Part shown: positions 1 through 7,687 of the stretch, piece after piece | Numbering within the stretch: the first letter of the stretch is position 1 | Layout of the letters: the number at the start of each line of letters is the position of its first letter | Assembly (NCBI GenBank): GCA_011046405.1 | Contig: DSAR01000373.1 | Coordinates: 1-12,074, forward strand | Direction: 5' to 3' | Length of the DNA stretch: 12,074 nt | DNA from: Chloroflexota bacterium | GTDB lineage: Bacteria > Chloroflexota > Anaerolineae > B4-G1 | The notes under the pieces: model-generated | The model's input: the letters and a program-made list of their open reading frames with translations, nothing else | Databases searched by the model: none | What the model was told of the DNA's origin: nothing | Translations under genes and position numbers: made by a program

Positions 1-4
1 ATCC

Positions 5-102
5 AGAAACCAGGTTTTTTCACCAAAGCAATGCGCTACTCATTGAAAAACGTGTGTGATGAGGCATATTTCGCTCAACAAGTGCCTAAAAACCTGGTTT
101 CT
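5..102. repeat. 15-bp perfect inverted repeat pair (AGAAACCAGGTTTTT at 5-19; AAAAACCTGGTTTCT at 88-102) flanking a 68-bp spacer
   Basis: Direct reading shows 5-19 is the exact reverse complement of 88-102. The region is AT-richer than the coding DNA and lies upstream of the first regulator gene. Confidence 0.7.
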
Positions 103-179
103 CTGCCCCTGGTGAACGGTTACTAGAGAATCACAATGACAGGCCCATGCATGATCCCTGATAGTATAGTCCAACACCT

Positions 180-211
180 GTTTCAAAAGCGTTTCGAAAA
201 TCGTTTCAATA
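180..211 (+). promoter_or_regulatory. Three phased direct repeats GTTTCAAAA(180) / GTTTCGAAAA(191) / GTTTCAATA(203), 11-12 bp periodicity, ~45 bp upstream of the ORF1 start; candidate operator for an OmpR/SARP-type winged-helix regulator
   Basis: The repeats are seen directly, with one copy per helical turn on the same DNA face. This is the geometry of SARP/OmpR-family binding sites. Both adjacent genes encode SARP-type N-terminal DNA-binding domains. Confidence 0.4.
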
Positions 212-256
212 TCTGTAACGATCGGGCCTGTTTCTCGTCGAACACGTAGAGAACCC

Positions 257-3200
257 ATGTCCACGTCTCGATTGGCCCTATCGTTGCTCGGTTCACCATC
301 CCTCGAGCTTGACGGCCGCCCCGTCAAATTCGAGAGACGAAAGACCGTGGCGCTCGTCGCCTATCTGGCTGTCACCGCCGAGACTCACTCCCGTGAGGCG
401 CTGGCCGCGCTGTTCTGGCCAGCGCTCGACCAATCGCGGGCCCTATCTGGCCTCCGTCTGACGCTCTCGACGCTGAAGCGGGCGCTGGGCGAGAGATGGT
501 TGGAGATCGAACGCGACTGTCTAGCGGTCAGGACAGGCCGCGACGGATTCTGGCTGGACGTGGACCACTTCCACGATCTGCTCGATGCCTGCCAGAAACA
601 TGGCCATCCTCCCGAGCGAGTCTGTTCCGCCTGTCTTTCCTTTTTGACCGAGGCCGTCGATCTGTGTCGCGGCGCTTTTATGGCCGGCTTTAGCCTGCGC
701 GATTGCCCCACCTTCGACGATTGGCAGGCGTTTCAGGGCCAGCGGCTGAACGGTACGTTGTGCCACGCCCTGAAAAAGATCGTTCGCGGCTACGGCGCTC
801 AGAAGGCGTTCGACCGCGCTATCCCATACGCGCAACGTTGGCTGTCGATCGAGCCGCTGAGCGAGGCCGCCCATCGCACCCTCATGGGGTTGTACGCCCA
901 GACTGGCTGTCGAGAGGCCGCCTTGCGTCAATACGAGATATGCGCTCGGCGACTCGAGCGTGAGTTAGGGGTGGCGCCTGGTGAAGAGACTGCCCACCTG
1001 CACGATGATATCCTAAAGAGAGGTTCGCCCGCGCCCGCCTTTGAGACCGATCTCGCTTCCCCTCAAATGCCCCATGGCGTTCCCTTTTATCCTACCCCGT
1101 TCCTCGGTCGGTCGAGCGAATTGGCCAAGATAGCCCAATCTTTGGAGGATCCGGCCTGTCGCACGTTAACCCTGATCGGCGTTGGCGGCGTTGGTAAGAG
1201 CCGCCTGGCGGCCCAGGCGGCGGCGCAGGCGGTGGGCAACTTTGCCCACGGTGTCTACTATATCCCGCTGGCCGCGCTGAATTCGCCCACTCTGTTGGCT
1301 TCCACCATCGTCCATTCCCTGGGTCTCTTTCTGCACGGTGGGACGTCTCCCGTCGAACAGCTCCTCGGCTACCTGCGCGAAAAAGAGATGTTGCTCGTGC
1401 TGGATAATTTCGAACACCTGCTGCCTTTTGGGCAGGATCGCGGCAGCGGGACGGACACGGGCATTTCCGATGCAGCCGAGTTGCTCGTCAAACTCCTCGA
1501 GCACGCCCTGGGACTCAAGTTCCTGATCACGTCGCGGCGCCCCCTGGCCTTGAAATGGGAATCGACCCTGGTGGTTCAAGGGCTCGGATTGCCGAGCGAC
1601 GCGGCGGAGGATACGGCGGAACGCTGCGATGCGGTCCGGTTGTTCGTCCAGAGCGCGCGGCGGGTTCGACCGGGCTTTCAACTGGGGGGCGAGGAGAGGC
1701 CTTCGGCCATCCACATCTGCCGATTCCTGGGGGGGCTGCCGTTGGGAATCGAGATGGCGGCCACGTGGCTGCAGGCGCTTTCCTGTCAAGAGATCGCGCA
1801 AAAGATCGAGCAGGGGCCAGCGTTGCTGTCCACTCACTCACAGGACATCCCTGAACGGCATCGTAGCCTGCAAACCGTGTTCGACGACTCTTGGAAGCTG
1901 CTAACGGAAAAGGAAAGGCGGGTGTGTCGTGGGCTTTCGGCGTTTCGGGGCGGGTTTCACGGTGAAGCCGTCGCCGAAAACGTGGCGGGCGCCACTCTTC
2001 CCATCCTCTTTGCCTTGATGCGCAAGTCTTTTATCCACCGCACGCCCCGTGGGCGGTACGAGATGCTGGAAATTCTACGGTGCTATGTCGAGGAAAAGCT
2101 CGAGGACGAAGAGAAACGGCGGGTGCACGACGCCCACTGCCGATATTACGCCGACTATGTCTATCGGCGGGAACGCTGTGTGGATGGGGAGGATCAGCAG
2201 AAAGCGCTCGGCGAGATTCAGGCGGACATCGGCAACGTGCGCGCGGCCTGGAGGTGGGCCGTGGCCCAGGGCCGCTTGGAAGCGATCGACAAATCCCTGG
2301 AGAGCCTTTGCTTCCTCCACCAGGTGCGGGGCTGGTTCGAAGAAGGGCGCGCGCTCTTCGAGATGGCCGCCAGCAGGCTCGAGGAGATGGGCGATGTCCC
2401 CGCTGAAGGGAATCGGTCCAAGGATGCGGTGCTCGCTCGCGTTCTGGCTCGCCAAGCGAGGTTGTGCGTTCCGCTCTCTTTGTACGAAAAGGCGGATTCG
2501 CTCCTGCGGACCAGCCTGGGGATTTTCCGCCGCCTGGGGATGCAAAGAGAATCGGCGTCGGCGCTCTACTACCTGGGGCTCGTCGCCTACTGCCTGGGCG
2601 AATATGCGCGAGCCCAAGACCTGTATCGAGAAAGCCTGGCGATCTGTGAAGAGCTTGCGTATCTGCCTGGCGCGGCAAGGAGCCTGGTCCACCTGGGCGT
2701 GATCGCCTCTCATCAAGGTGAGCATGCAGCCGCGCGACAGCTGTGCCAGAAAAGCATGGCGATATTTCTAGAGACCGGAGATCGGCTGGAGACCGCCAGG
2801 TGCCTGGGCAATATGGGGCTCGTCGCGGCGGCCTCGAAAGAGCACGCCGAAGCGGAACGGTTGCATCGCGAAAGCCTGACGATGTTTGAAGAGATCGGTG
2901 ATCAGCTGGCGATCGCCAAGTGTTACCACAACATGGGGGCCGCCGTGCGCGCTCAAGGGGATCATCGCAAAGCCAGGCATCTCTACCAGCAGAGTCTGGC
3001 CATCGCCGAGTCCCTGGGCGACCGATGGGGCATCGCCAGCAACTCGATTGGCCTGGGGTTCACCCTCTCGAACATCGGGGAGGGGCGCGAAGCGAAAGAA
3101 CGGTTTCAAAAGGCCCTAGAAACGGCCGCGAGCCTGGGGGTGACGCCGATGATTCACGAGTCCCTGCTTGGATTGGCGGCACTCCTGGCGCAGACAGGGG

Positions 3201-3397
3201 ATATTGCGAAAGCGCTGGAAATCACCGCTTATCTGCGTCACTGTCAGGCCGTTCAGGGGGAGCAGGTCCAGGCCTTGGTCGAGGATCTCTTTGACCGATT
3301 GGCCCCTCAACTGGCGCCCAACCAACTAGCCCAGATCGAGGCCAGAGCCCAGGCCAGAGATATCGAGCATTACATCGACGTTTGCCGAGGGCGTTAA
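257..3397 (+). CDS. AfsR-like STAND transcriptional regulator: N-terminal SARP/OmpR-type winged-helix + BTAD, central NB-ARC P-loop NTPase, C-terminal TPR repeats (1046 aa)
   Basis: The N-terminus (LLGSPSLELDGRPVKFERRKTVALVAYLAV...ALFWP...LKRALGE) fits the trans_reg_C/SARP pattern. Walker A is LIGVGGVGKSRLA and Walker B is MLLVLDNFEHLL. The ITSR sensor-1-like motif and the GLPLGIEMAATWL (GLPL) motif of NB-ARC/STAND NTPases are present. The C-terminal ~350 aa consists of ~40-aa TPR-like repeats (LGxxxxxxGxYxxAxxxYxxSLxIxxxLGD). It is a long uninterrupted ORF. Confidence 0.85.
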   Translation: MSTSRLALSLLGSPSLELDGRPVKFERRKTVALVAYLAVTAETHSREALAALFWPALDQSRALSGLRLTLSTLKRALGERWLEIERDCLAVRTGRDGFWLDVDHFHDLLDACQKHGHPPERVCSACLSFLTEAVDLCRGAFMAGFSLRDCPTFDDWQAFQGQRLNGTLCHALKKIVRGYGAQKAFDRAIPYAQRWLSIEPLSEAAHRTLMGLYAQTGCREAALRQYEICARRLERELGVAPGEETAHLHDDILKRGSPAPAFETDLASPQMPHGVPFYPTPFLGRSSELAKIAQSLEDPACRTLTLIGVGGVGKSRLAAQAAAQAVGNFAHGVYYIPLAALNSPTLLASTIVHSLGLFLHGGTSPVEQLLGYLREKEMLLVLDNFEHLLPFGQDRGSGTDTGISDAAELLVKLLEHALGLKFLITSRRPLALKWESTLVVQGLGLPSDAAEDTAERCDAVRLFVQSARRVRPGFQLGGEERPSAIHICRFLGGLPLGIEMAATWLQALSCQEIAQKIEQGPALLSTHSQDIPERHRSLQTVFDDSWKLLTEKERRVCRGLSAFRGGFHGEAVAENVAGATLPILFALMRKSFIHRTPRGRYEMLEILRCYVEEKLEDEEKRRVHDAHCRYYADYVYRRERCVDGEDQQKALGEIQADIGNVRAAWRWAVAQGRLEAIDKSLESLCFLHQVRGWFEEGRALFEMAASRLEEMGDVPAEGNRSKDAVLARVLARQARLCVPLSLYEKADSLLRTSLGIFRRLGMQRESASALYYLGLVAYCLGEYARAQDLYRESLAICEELAYLPGAARSLVHLGVIASHQGEHAAARQLCQKSMAIFLETGDRLETARCLGNMGLVAAASKEHAEAERLHRESLTMFEEIGDQLAIAKCYHNMGAAVRAQGDHRKARHLYQQSLAIAESLGDRWGIASNSIGLGFTLSNIGEGREAKERFQKALETAASLGVTPMIHESLLGLAALLAQTGDIAKALEITAYLRHCQAVQGEQVQALVEDLFDRLAPQLAPNQLAQIEARAQARDIEHYIDVCRGR

Positions 3398-3408
3398 CGG
3401 GGGTGTCT

Positions 3409-6400
3409 ATGTCCAATCTGGCGCTGTACCTGCTGGGCGCGCCGCGTATCGAGCTCGACGGAACGGTGGTTGTCATTGGCAGGCGGAAGGCGGTGGCTTT
3501 GGCCGCGTACCTGGCTGTGACGGGTGAGAGACATTCTCGCACAGCTTTGGCCAGACTTTTCTGGCCAGAATCGGATCCGCCCCACGCCCTGGCGGCCCTG
3601 CGCCTGGCGCTCTTGACCTTGAAGGAGGCCATTGGCGAAGAATGGCTCGAGATCGAACGCACGAGCCTGGCCCTTTGCCGTACCCCAGATTACTGGTCAG
3701 ACGTGACGCATTTCCGCCATCTTTTGATTGGGTGTGAAGCGCATACCCATTCCCCCGACAGTGTGTGTCCTAACTGCCTTGCTCTGTTGACCAACGCCGT
3801 GCTCATCTACCGCGACGATTTCATGGCCGGCTTTACCCTGCGGGACAGTTCGGCTTTCGACGATTGGCAATCCTTCCAGTGTCAGGACCTGCAGCGCAGG
3901 TTGGATTACGCGTTGGAAAAGCTGTCCCTTGGCTACGGGGCGCGCGGCGAGTTGCACCACGCCGTCCCATTCGCTCAGCGATGGTTGAACCGCGATCCTT
4001 TGAACGAATCGGCTCATCGTTTGTTGATGCGTCTGTATACCTGGAACAAACAACGCGAGGCGGCCCTGCGCCAATATCAGCGCTGTCGAGAGGCGCTTGA
4101 GCAGGAGCTGGGGCGCTTTCCGGAAGAGGAGACGGATCAACTCTACCACGCCATCATTGAGGATCGTTTGCCTCCTCTCGATGGGCTTTCATCTTCATTT
4201 TCGTTTCGCCCTCTGCTGTCTCACAATCTTCCCTCTCAATCGACGCCCTTCCTGGGGCGGGAGCGTGAGTTGGCCAAGCTCCTGGCACTTCTCCGTGATC
4301 CTGCTTGCCGACTTTTGACGCTGGTCGGCGTTGGCGGGGCCGGCAAGACGAGGCTTGCCTTGCAGGCGGCCGCGGACGTCGCGATCCAGGATGCGGAGGC
4401 GTTCGTCGATGGTATACGGTTCGTCTCCCTGGCCTCCCTCACATCCCCAGATTTGCTGGGCTCAGCCATTGCGCGTTCGCTGGGCCCCTCTTTTCACGGA
4501 CAGGTAGACGTCGAGGCGCAAATTCTGGACTATTTGGAAGACAGGCGGATGTTGCTCGTGTTGGACAACTTTGAGCACCTGCTTTCTTCACCCATCTCTT
4601 CCAGCCGTTTGGAGAGAGGTGCAAAGGCGGCCGGGTTGATCGCCCGGATTCTAGGATCTGCCCCCCAGGTAAAGATGATGGTCACCTCGCGGGAACCGCT
4701 GGACCTTCAGGGGGAATGGCTCTTTGAAGTCACAGGGCTAAAGTGTCCTCCAGCGGATAGGACTGAAGCGCTGGAGCAGTACGATGCGATTCGATTGTTT
4801 CTGCAAAGCGCCCGTCGCGTTCAGCCAGACTTTCGAGTTTTGGAGGACGAGGCGCCTTTTGTGGTCCGCATCTGCCGGTTCTTGGATGGTTTGCCGTTGG
4901 GGATCGAACTGGCCGCCGCCTGGCTGCAAATGTTTACCTGTCAGGAGATCGCGCAGAGGATCGAACAGGGGCTCTGCTTCCTCGATACGTCCTTGCGAGA
5001 CGTCCCAGAACGGCACCGCAGCCTGCGAGCCGTGTTCGATCATTCCTGGGACCTTTTATCGGATGAGGAAAAGGACGTATGTCGCTGTCTTTCAGTGTTC
5101 CGGGGAGGATTCCGTGGTGAGGCCGCGGCAGAGCAAGTCGCTGGGGCCTCGTTGCCGACGCTTCTTTCCTTGATACGCAAGTCATTTCTCCACCTCGATC
5201 CCGATGGACGCTACGCGATGCCCGAGGTGCTGCGCAGGTACGTCGAGGGTAAGCTCGATCAGCATCCCCAACAGAAGGCGCTCGCTCGAGAGCGCCACTG
5301 TGAATATTACGCTGAATTCCTACACCAACGGCATGGCGACATAGAGGGAAGAAACCAACGGCAGGCGTTGGAAGAGATCCGCAAAGAGCTGGAGAACGTG
5401 CGGGTCGGTTGGGAGTGGGCCGTGAAGCAGGTGAATATGGAGGCCATAGACAAGGCCATAGGCAGCCTTTGTCATCTTTACGAGATGCACGGATGGTTTC
5501 AGGAGGGCGAAGAGCTCTTGACCAGGGCCTGGGAAGCGTTGAGTGAGTCTATGCAGGCGATGAACGATCCCCCGACTCGGGATCTCTTGATTCTGGCCCG
5601 GGTCATCGATTGGCGCGGCTGGCTGTGTTACTTGCTCTCCCGTTTCGAACAAGCTCGAGACCTGTTGGAAACCAGCTATGCCATGTTCTGCCGTCTTGAT
5701 GAACAAGAGGCGCGCGCCCTATCGCTCAAGAACCTGGGCAATGTGACGACGAGTCTGGGTGAATATGCCGCAGCTAGAAAACTATTTCAGAAAAGCGTTT
5801 CCATCTCTAAAAGGGCCGACGATCAGGTCGGCATTGGATGGGGATTTGATGGCCTGGGCTATATCGCCGAGGCGATGGGGGAGTATGCCAGGGCCCGGCG
5901 GTTGTATCAGAGATGCCTTGGAATTTGGAAAGAGCTGGGAAATCCAGAGGGGATCACCTGGAGCCTCATGGGGCTGGGATCGGTCGCCGAGGCGTCAGGG
6001 GAACAGAATGAAGCCAAAGACCTGTTCGACGACTGTATGGCTCATTGTACAAAGAGCGACAATCAGCAGGGGATTGGCTGGTGTCTCGACGGCCTGAGCC
6101 GTCTCGCTGAGGGTTCGGGAAACTACGAGGAAGCCAAACGGCTCGCTGGACGAGGACTGGCGATCTTTCAAGAGATCGGCGATCGTTCTGGGATAGCGAT
6201 TGGCTTTAGGAACCTGGGATTTGCTTCTCTGGCTCTGGGCGATTACCGAGAGGCCAGGGATGCTTTTCAGAGAGCGATCGACATGGCTCAGGATGTAAAG
6301 GCGATTCCTGTGCTCGTAGACACACTGGTGGGGGTGGCGGATTTGCTGGCGGCAGAGGGCGAGGCGGAACAGGCAGTGGAACTGCTCGCCTTTCTGCTCC

Positions 6401-6546
6401 GTCATCCCGCCACGACCGCCCGATACAAGAAGCGGGCGCAAAGGCTTCACACGGCGCTCTCCTCTCGGCTTTCGCCCCAGGCTTTCCGCCCCGCCGAAGC
6501 AAGGGGAGAAGCACGGACCCTGGAAAGTTTTACCCCCATCCCGTAG
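3409..6546 (+). CDS. Second, paralogous AfsR-like STAND regulator (SARP wHTH-BTAD / NB-ARC / TPR), ~1045 aa; alternative TTG start at 3382 would overlap ORF1 stop
   Basis: It has the same domain order and motifs as the upstream gene: LLGAPRIELDGTVVVIGRRKAVALAAYLAV, LVGVGGAGKTRLA, MLLVLDNFEHLL, GLPLGIELAAAWL, and a TPR-like C-terminus. The ATG at 3409 aligns with the paralogue N-terminus (MSNLALYLLGAP vs MSTSRLALSLLGSP). It is preceded by GGGGTG and starts 11 nt after the ORF1 stop. Confidence 0.85.
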   Translation: MSNLALYLLGAPRIELDGTVVVIGRRKAVALAAYLAVTGERHSRTALARLFWPESDPPHALAALRLALLTLKEAIGEEWLEIERTSLALCRTPDYWSDVTHFRHLLIGCEAHTHSPDSVCPNCLALLTNAVLIYRDDFMAGFTLRDSSAFDDWQSFQCQDLQRRLDYALEKLSLGYGARGELHHAVPFAQRWLNRDPLNESAHRLLMRLYTWNKQREAALRQYQRCREALEQELGRFPEEETDQLYHAIIEDRLPPLDGLSSSFSFRPLLSHNLPSQSTPFLGRERELAKLLALLRDPACRLLTLVGVGGAGKTRLALQAAADVAIQDAEAFVDGIRFVSLASLTSPDLLGSAIARSLGPSFHGQVDVEAQILDYLEDRRMLLVLDNFEHLLSSPISSSRLERGAKAAGLIARILGSAPQVKMMVTSREPLDLQGEWLFEVTGLKCPPADRTEALEQYDAIRLFLQSARRVQPDFRVLEDEAPFVVRICRFLDGLPLGIELAAAWLQMFTCQEIAQRIEQGLCFLDTSLRDVPERHRSLRAVFDHSWDLLSDEEKDVCRCLSVFRGGFRGEAAAEQVAGASLPTLLSLIRKSFLHLDPDGRYAMPEVLRRYVEGKLDQHPQQKALARERHCEYYAEFLHQRHGDIEGRNQRQALEEIRKELENVRVGWEWAVKQVNMEAIDKAIGSLCHLYEMHGWFQEGEELLTRAWEALSESMQAMNDPPTRDLLILARVIDWRGWLCYLLSRFEQARDLLETSYAMFCRLDEQEARALSLKNLGNVTTSLGEYAAARKLFQKSVSISKRADDQVGIGWGFDGLGYIAEAMGEYARARRLYQRCLGIWKELGNPEGITWSLMGLGSVAEASGEQNEAKDLFDDCMAHCTKSDNQQGIGWCLDGLSRLAEGSGNYEEAKRLAGRGLAIFQEIGDRSGIAIGFRNLGFASLALGDYREARDAFQRAIDMAQDVKAIPVLVDTLVGVADLLAAEGEAEQAVELLAFLLRHPATTARYKKRAQRLHTALSSRLSPQAFRPAEARGEARTLESFTPIP

Positions 6547-6562
6547 CAAGCTCCCGTTAACC

Positions 6563-6728
6563 TAACCTGGACGAGCCAGAGCCAAAAAGGAGCCATTGGC
6601 CATCAAATTCTTGCTCGCTGTACAAGGATTCTATTGGTTAGGCCCTAACCTGGACGAGCCAGAGCCAAAAAGGAGCCATTGGCCACCAAATTCTTGCTCG
6701 CTGTACAAGGATTCTATCGGTTAGGCCC
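6563..6728. repeat. 83-bp tandem direct repeat x2 (6563-6645 and 6646-6728; 81/83 identical, both differences T->C), each unit flanked by CCTAACC...GGTTAGG 7-bp inverted termini; copy junction forms a perfect 15-bp palindrome GGTTAGGCCCTAACC (6636-6650)
   Basis: Read directly from the sequence. Each unit also contains three GAGCCA hexamers (copy 1 at 6573, 6579 and 6590) and an AAAAAGGAG Shine-Dalgarno-like motif. It is located in the 370-bp intergenic gap between the second regulator and the pentapeptide gene. Confidence 0.9.
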
Positions 6729-6730
6729 TG

Positions 6731-6817
6731 GTAACTGCTCAGGCCAGCCCCTTGCTGCGATGGAGAGTGGGGGCCCCCGCCCATCCGCTGCAAACGGACG
6801 GTAGGCTGAGCAGTTAC
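6731..6817. other. ~87-bp imperfect palindrome / nested stem-loop: outer 12-bp perfect stem GTAACTGCTCAG(6731-6742)/CTGAGCAGTTAC(6806-6817), inner imperfect stem TTGCTGCGATGG(6752-6763)/CCATCCGCTGCAA(6781-6793), centre GGGGGCCCCC (6769-6778)
   Basis: Reverse-complement relationships were checked by hand and the symmetry axis falls at 6773/6774. No U-tract follows, so it is not a canonical intrinsic terminator. It could be a Rho-independent-like insulator, a protein-binding palindrome or a structured leader or RNA. Confidence 0.6.
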
Positions 6818-6834
6818 ATGCCCTGTAACAAAAT

Positions 6835-6863
6835 TTGCGTTTGAGGTAAATCTGTGATATTCT
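6835..6863 (+). promoter_or_regulatory. Candidate sigma70-type promoter for the pentapeptide/SPFH operon: -35 TTGCGT (6835-6840), 17-bp spacer, extended -10 TGaTATTCT (6855-6863)
   Basis: Hexamer spacing and the TGn motif were read from the sequence in an AT-rich stretch ~55 bp upstream of a strong RBS (AAGGAG 6904-6909) and the ATG at 6918. Confidence 0.4.
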
Positions 6864-6917
6864 TGATTTAGCCATTTATCTCTCATCCCTCGGCGTCCAC
6901 AAGAAGGAGCAACATAC

Positions 6918-7634
6918 ATGTCTTCGAACGTTAATCCCAAGGTTATCGGCGATCAACCGGCGGAACCGGTCGATCTCAGCAAGAAATGGCGCGTGCGGAG
7001 CGACCTGGCCAATCACAAAGATCTACGCCGCGCCAAGCTCAAGGGCATCCAATTGGCCGGGGCGAGTCTTTCTGGGAGAGCATTGCAAGGGGCAGATCTG
7101 CGGGAGGCGGATTTGTTCATGGCAGATCTAACCGGCGCAGATCTGGCCGGTTGTGATTTGCGGGACGCTGTGCTGGACCATGCCAAACTGGCCCGGGCGT
7201 CTCTTTTTCGGGCGGACCTATCGGGGGCCAGCCTCAGATCGGCCGATCTCAGCGGGGCGGATTTGGATGGCGTTTCTCTCAAGGAAGCAGACCTCTCATT
7301 TGCCTGTCTCTCCAAGGCCAGGTTGACGCATGCGGACCTGGAACAGACGAATCTCAGGAACGCGGTGTTGCGCGGCGCTTATCTGCATGGCGCCAACTTG
7401 ACCAAGGCGGATTTGCGAGAGGCGGATCTGGGCCAGACGAAACTGATGGGGGCGAATTTGACCCGGGCGGATTTGCGGGGTGTCAAGAATTTCCTGTTCC
7501 GCGATTTGCGACACATTGAATTTCAACGGACAAAAGGCTCGCTCCTCATTCTCTTGACGGGGATGCTCAGACGTTTACAAGATCAATTCTTGAATCCATC
7601 GACATCGAGTGACCAATCATCTGCCAGGACGTGA
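6918..7634 (+). CDS. Pentapeptide-repeat protein (238 aa)
   Basis: Residues ~40-195 are tandem A(D/N)L-x-x pentapeptides (ADLREADLFMADLTGADLAGCDLRDAVLDHAKLARASLFRADLSGASLRSADLSGADLDGVSLKEADL...). The canonical SD AAGGAG lies 8 nt upstream of the ATG. Confidence 0.85.
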   Translation: MSSNVNPKVIGDQPAEPVDLSKKWRVRSDLANHKDLRRAKLKGIQLAGASLSGRALQGADLREADLFMADLTGADLAGCDLRDAVLDHAKLARASLFRADLSGASLRSADLSGADLDGVSLKEADLSFACLSKARLTHADLEQTNLRNAVLRGAYLHGANLTKADLREADLGQTKLMGANLTRADLRGVKNFLFRDLRHIEFQRTKGSLLILLTGMLRRLQDQFLNPSTSSDQSSART

Positions 7635-7687
7635 CCCAGGGCACCTTCAACGGGATGACGTGACGTGAGCGGAAGGGAGTATTCGCT

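Noticed and set aside
136-170. Possible promoter for ORF1 (ATGACA at 136-141; TAGTAT/TATAGT at 162-170)
   Set aside because: The spacing between the best -35-like and -10-like hexamers is 20-23 bp, which is outside the functional range. No alternative pairing is convincing, so it is left unannotated.
40-327. 95-aa minus-strand ORF overlapping the upstream region and the start of ORF1
   Set aside because: It overlaps the start of the strongly supported regulator gene and its probable promoter or operator. It has no RBS and no recognisable motifs, so it is probably an antisense shadow ORF.
2031-2725. Cluster of 215-217-aa ORFs in alternative frames on both strands inside ORF1 (2031-2678 -, 2049-2702 +, 2075-2725 -)
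   Set aside because: They are Arg/Pro/Gly/Ala-rich low-complexity translations typical of off-frame reading in high-GC coding DNA, and they lie wholly inside a well-supported long CDS.
6563-6728. Considered whether the tandem 83-bp repeats could be a CRISPR array or encode a small peptide from the internal AAAGGAG
   Set aside because: There are only two directly abutting copies with no unique spacers, so it is not CRISPR. The nearest start-like codons after the SD (ATT at 2 nt, TTG at 4 nt) are too close for initiation, and the reading frame shifts between copies because 83 is not a multiple of 3.
6770-6814. 14-codon ATG ORF (MESGGPRPSAANGR) inside the palindrome
   Set aside because: It has no RBS and lies within a strongly self-complementary segment. 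It is almost certainly non-coding.
6638-6940. 100-aa minus-strand ORF spanning the 83-bp repeat, palindrome and ORF3 promoter/RBS
   Set aside because: It runs antisense through the intergenic regulatory region and ends inside the repeat terminus. No RBS was identified and the composition is atypical, so it is probably spurious.
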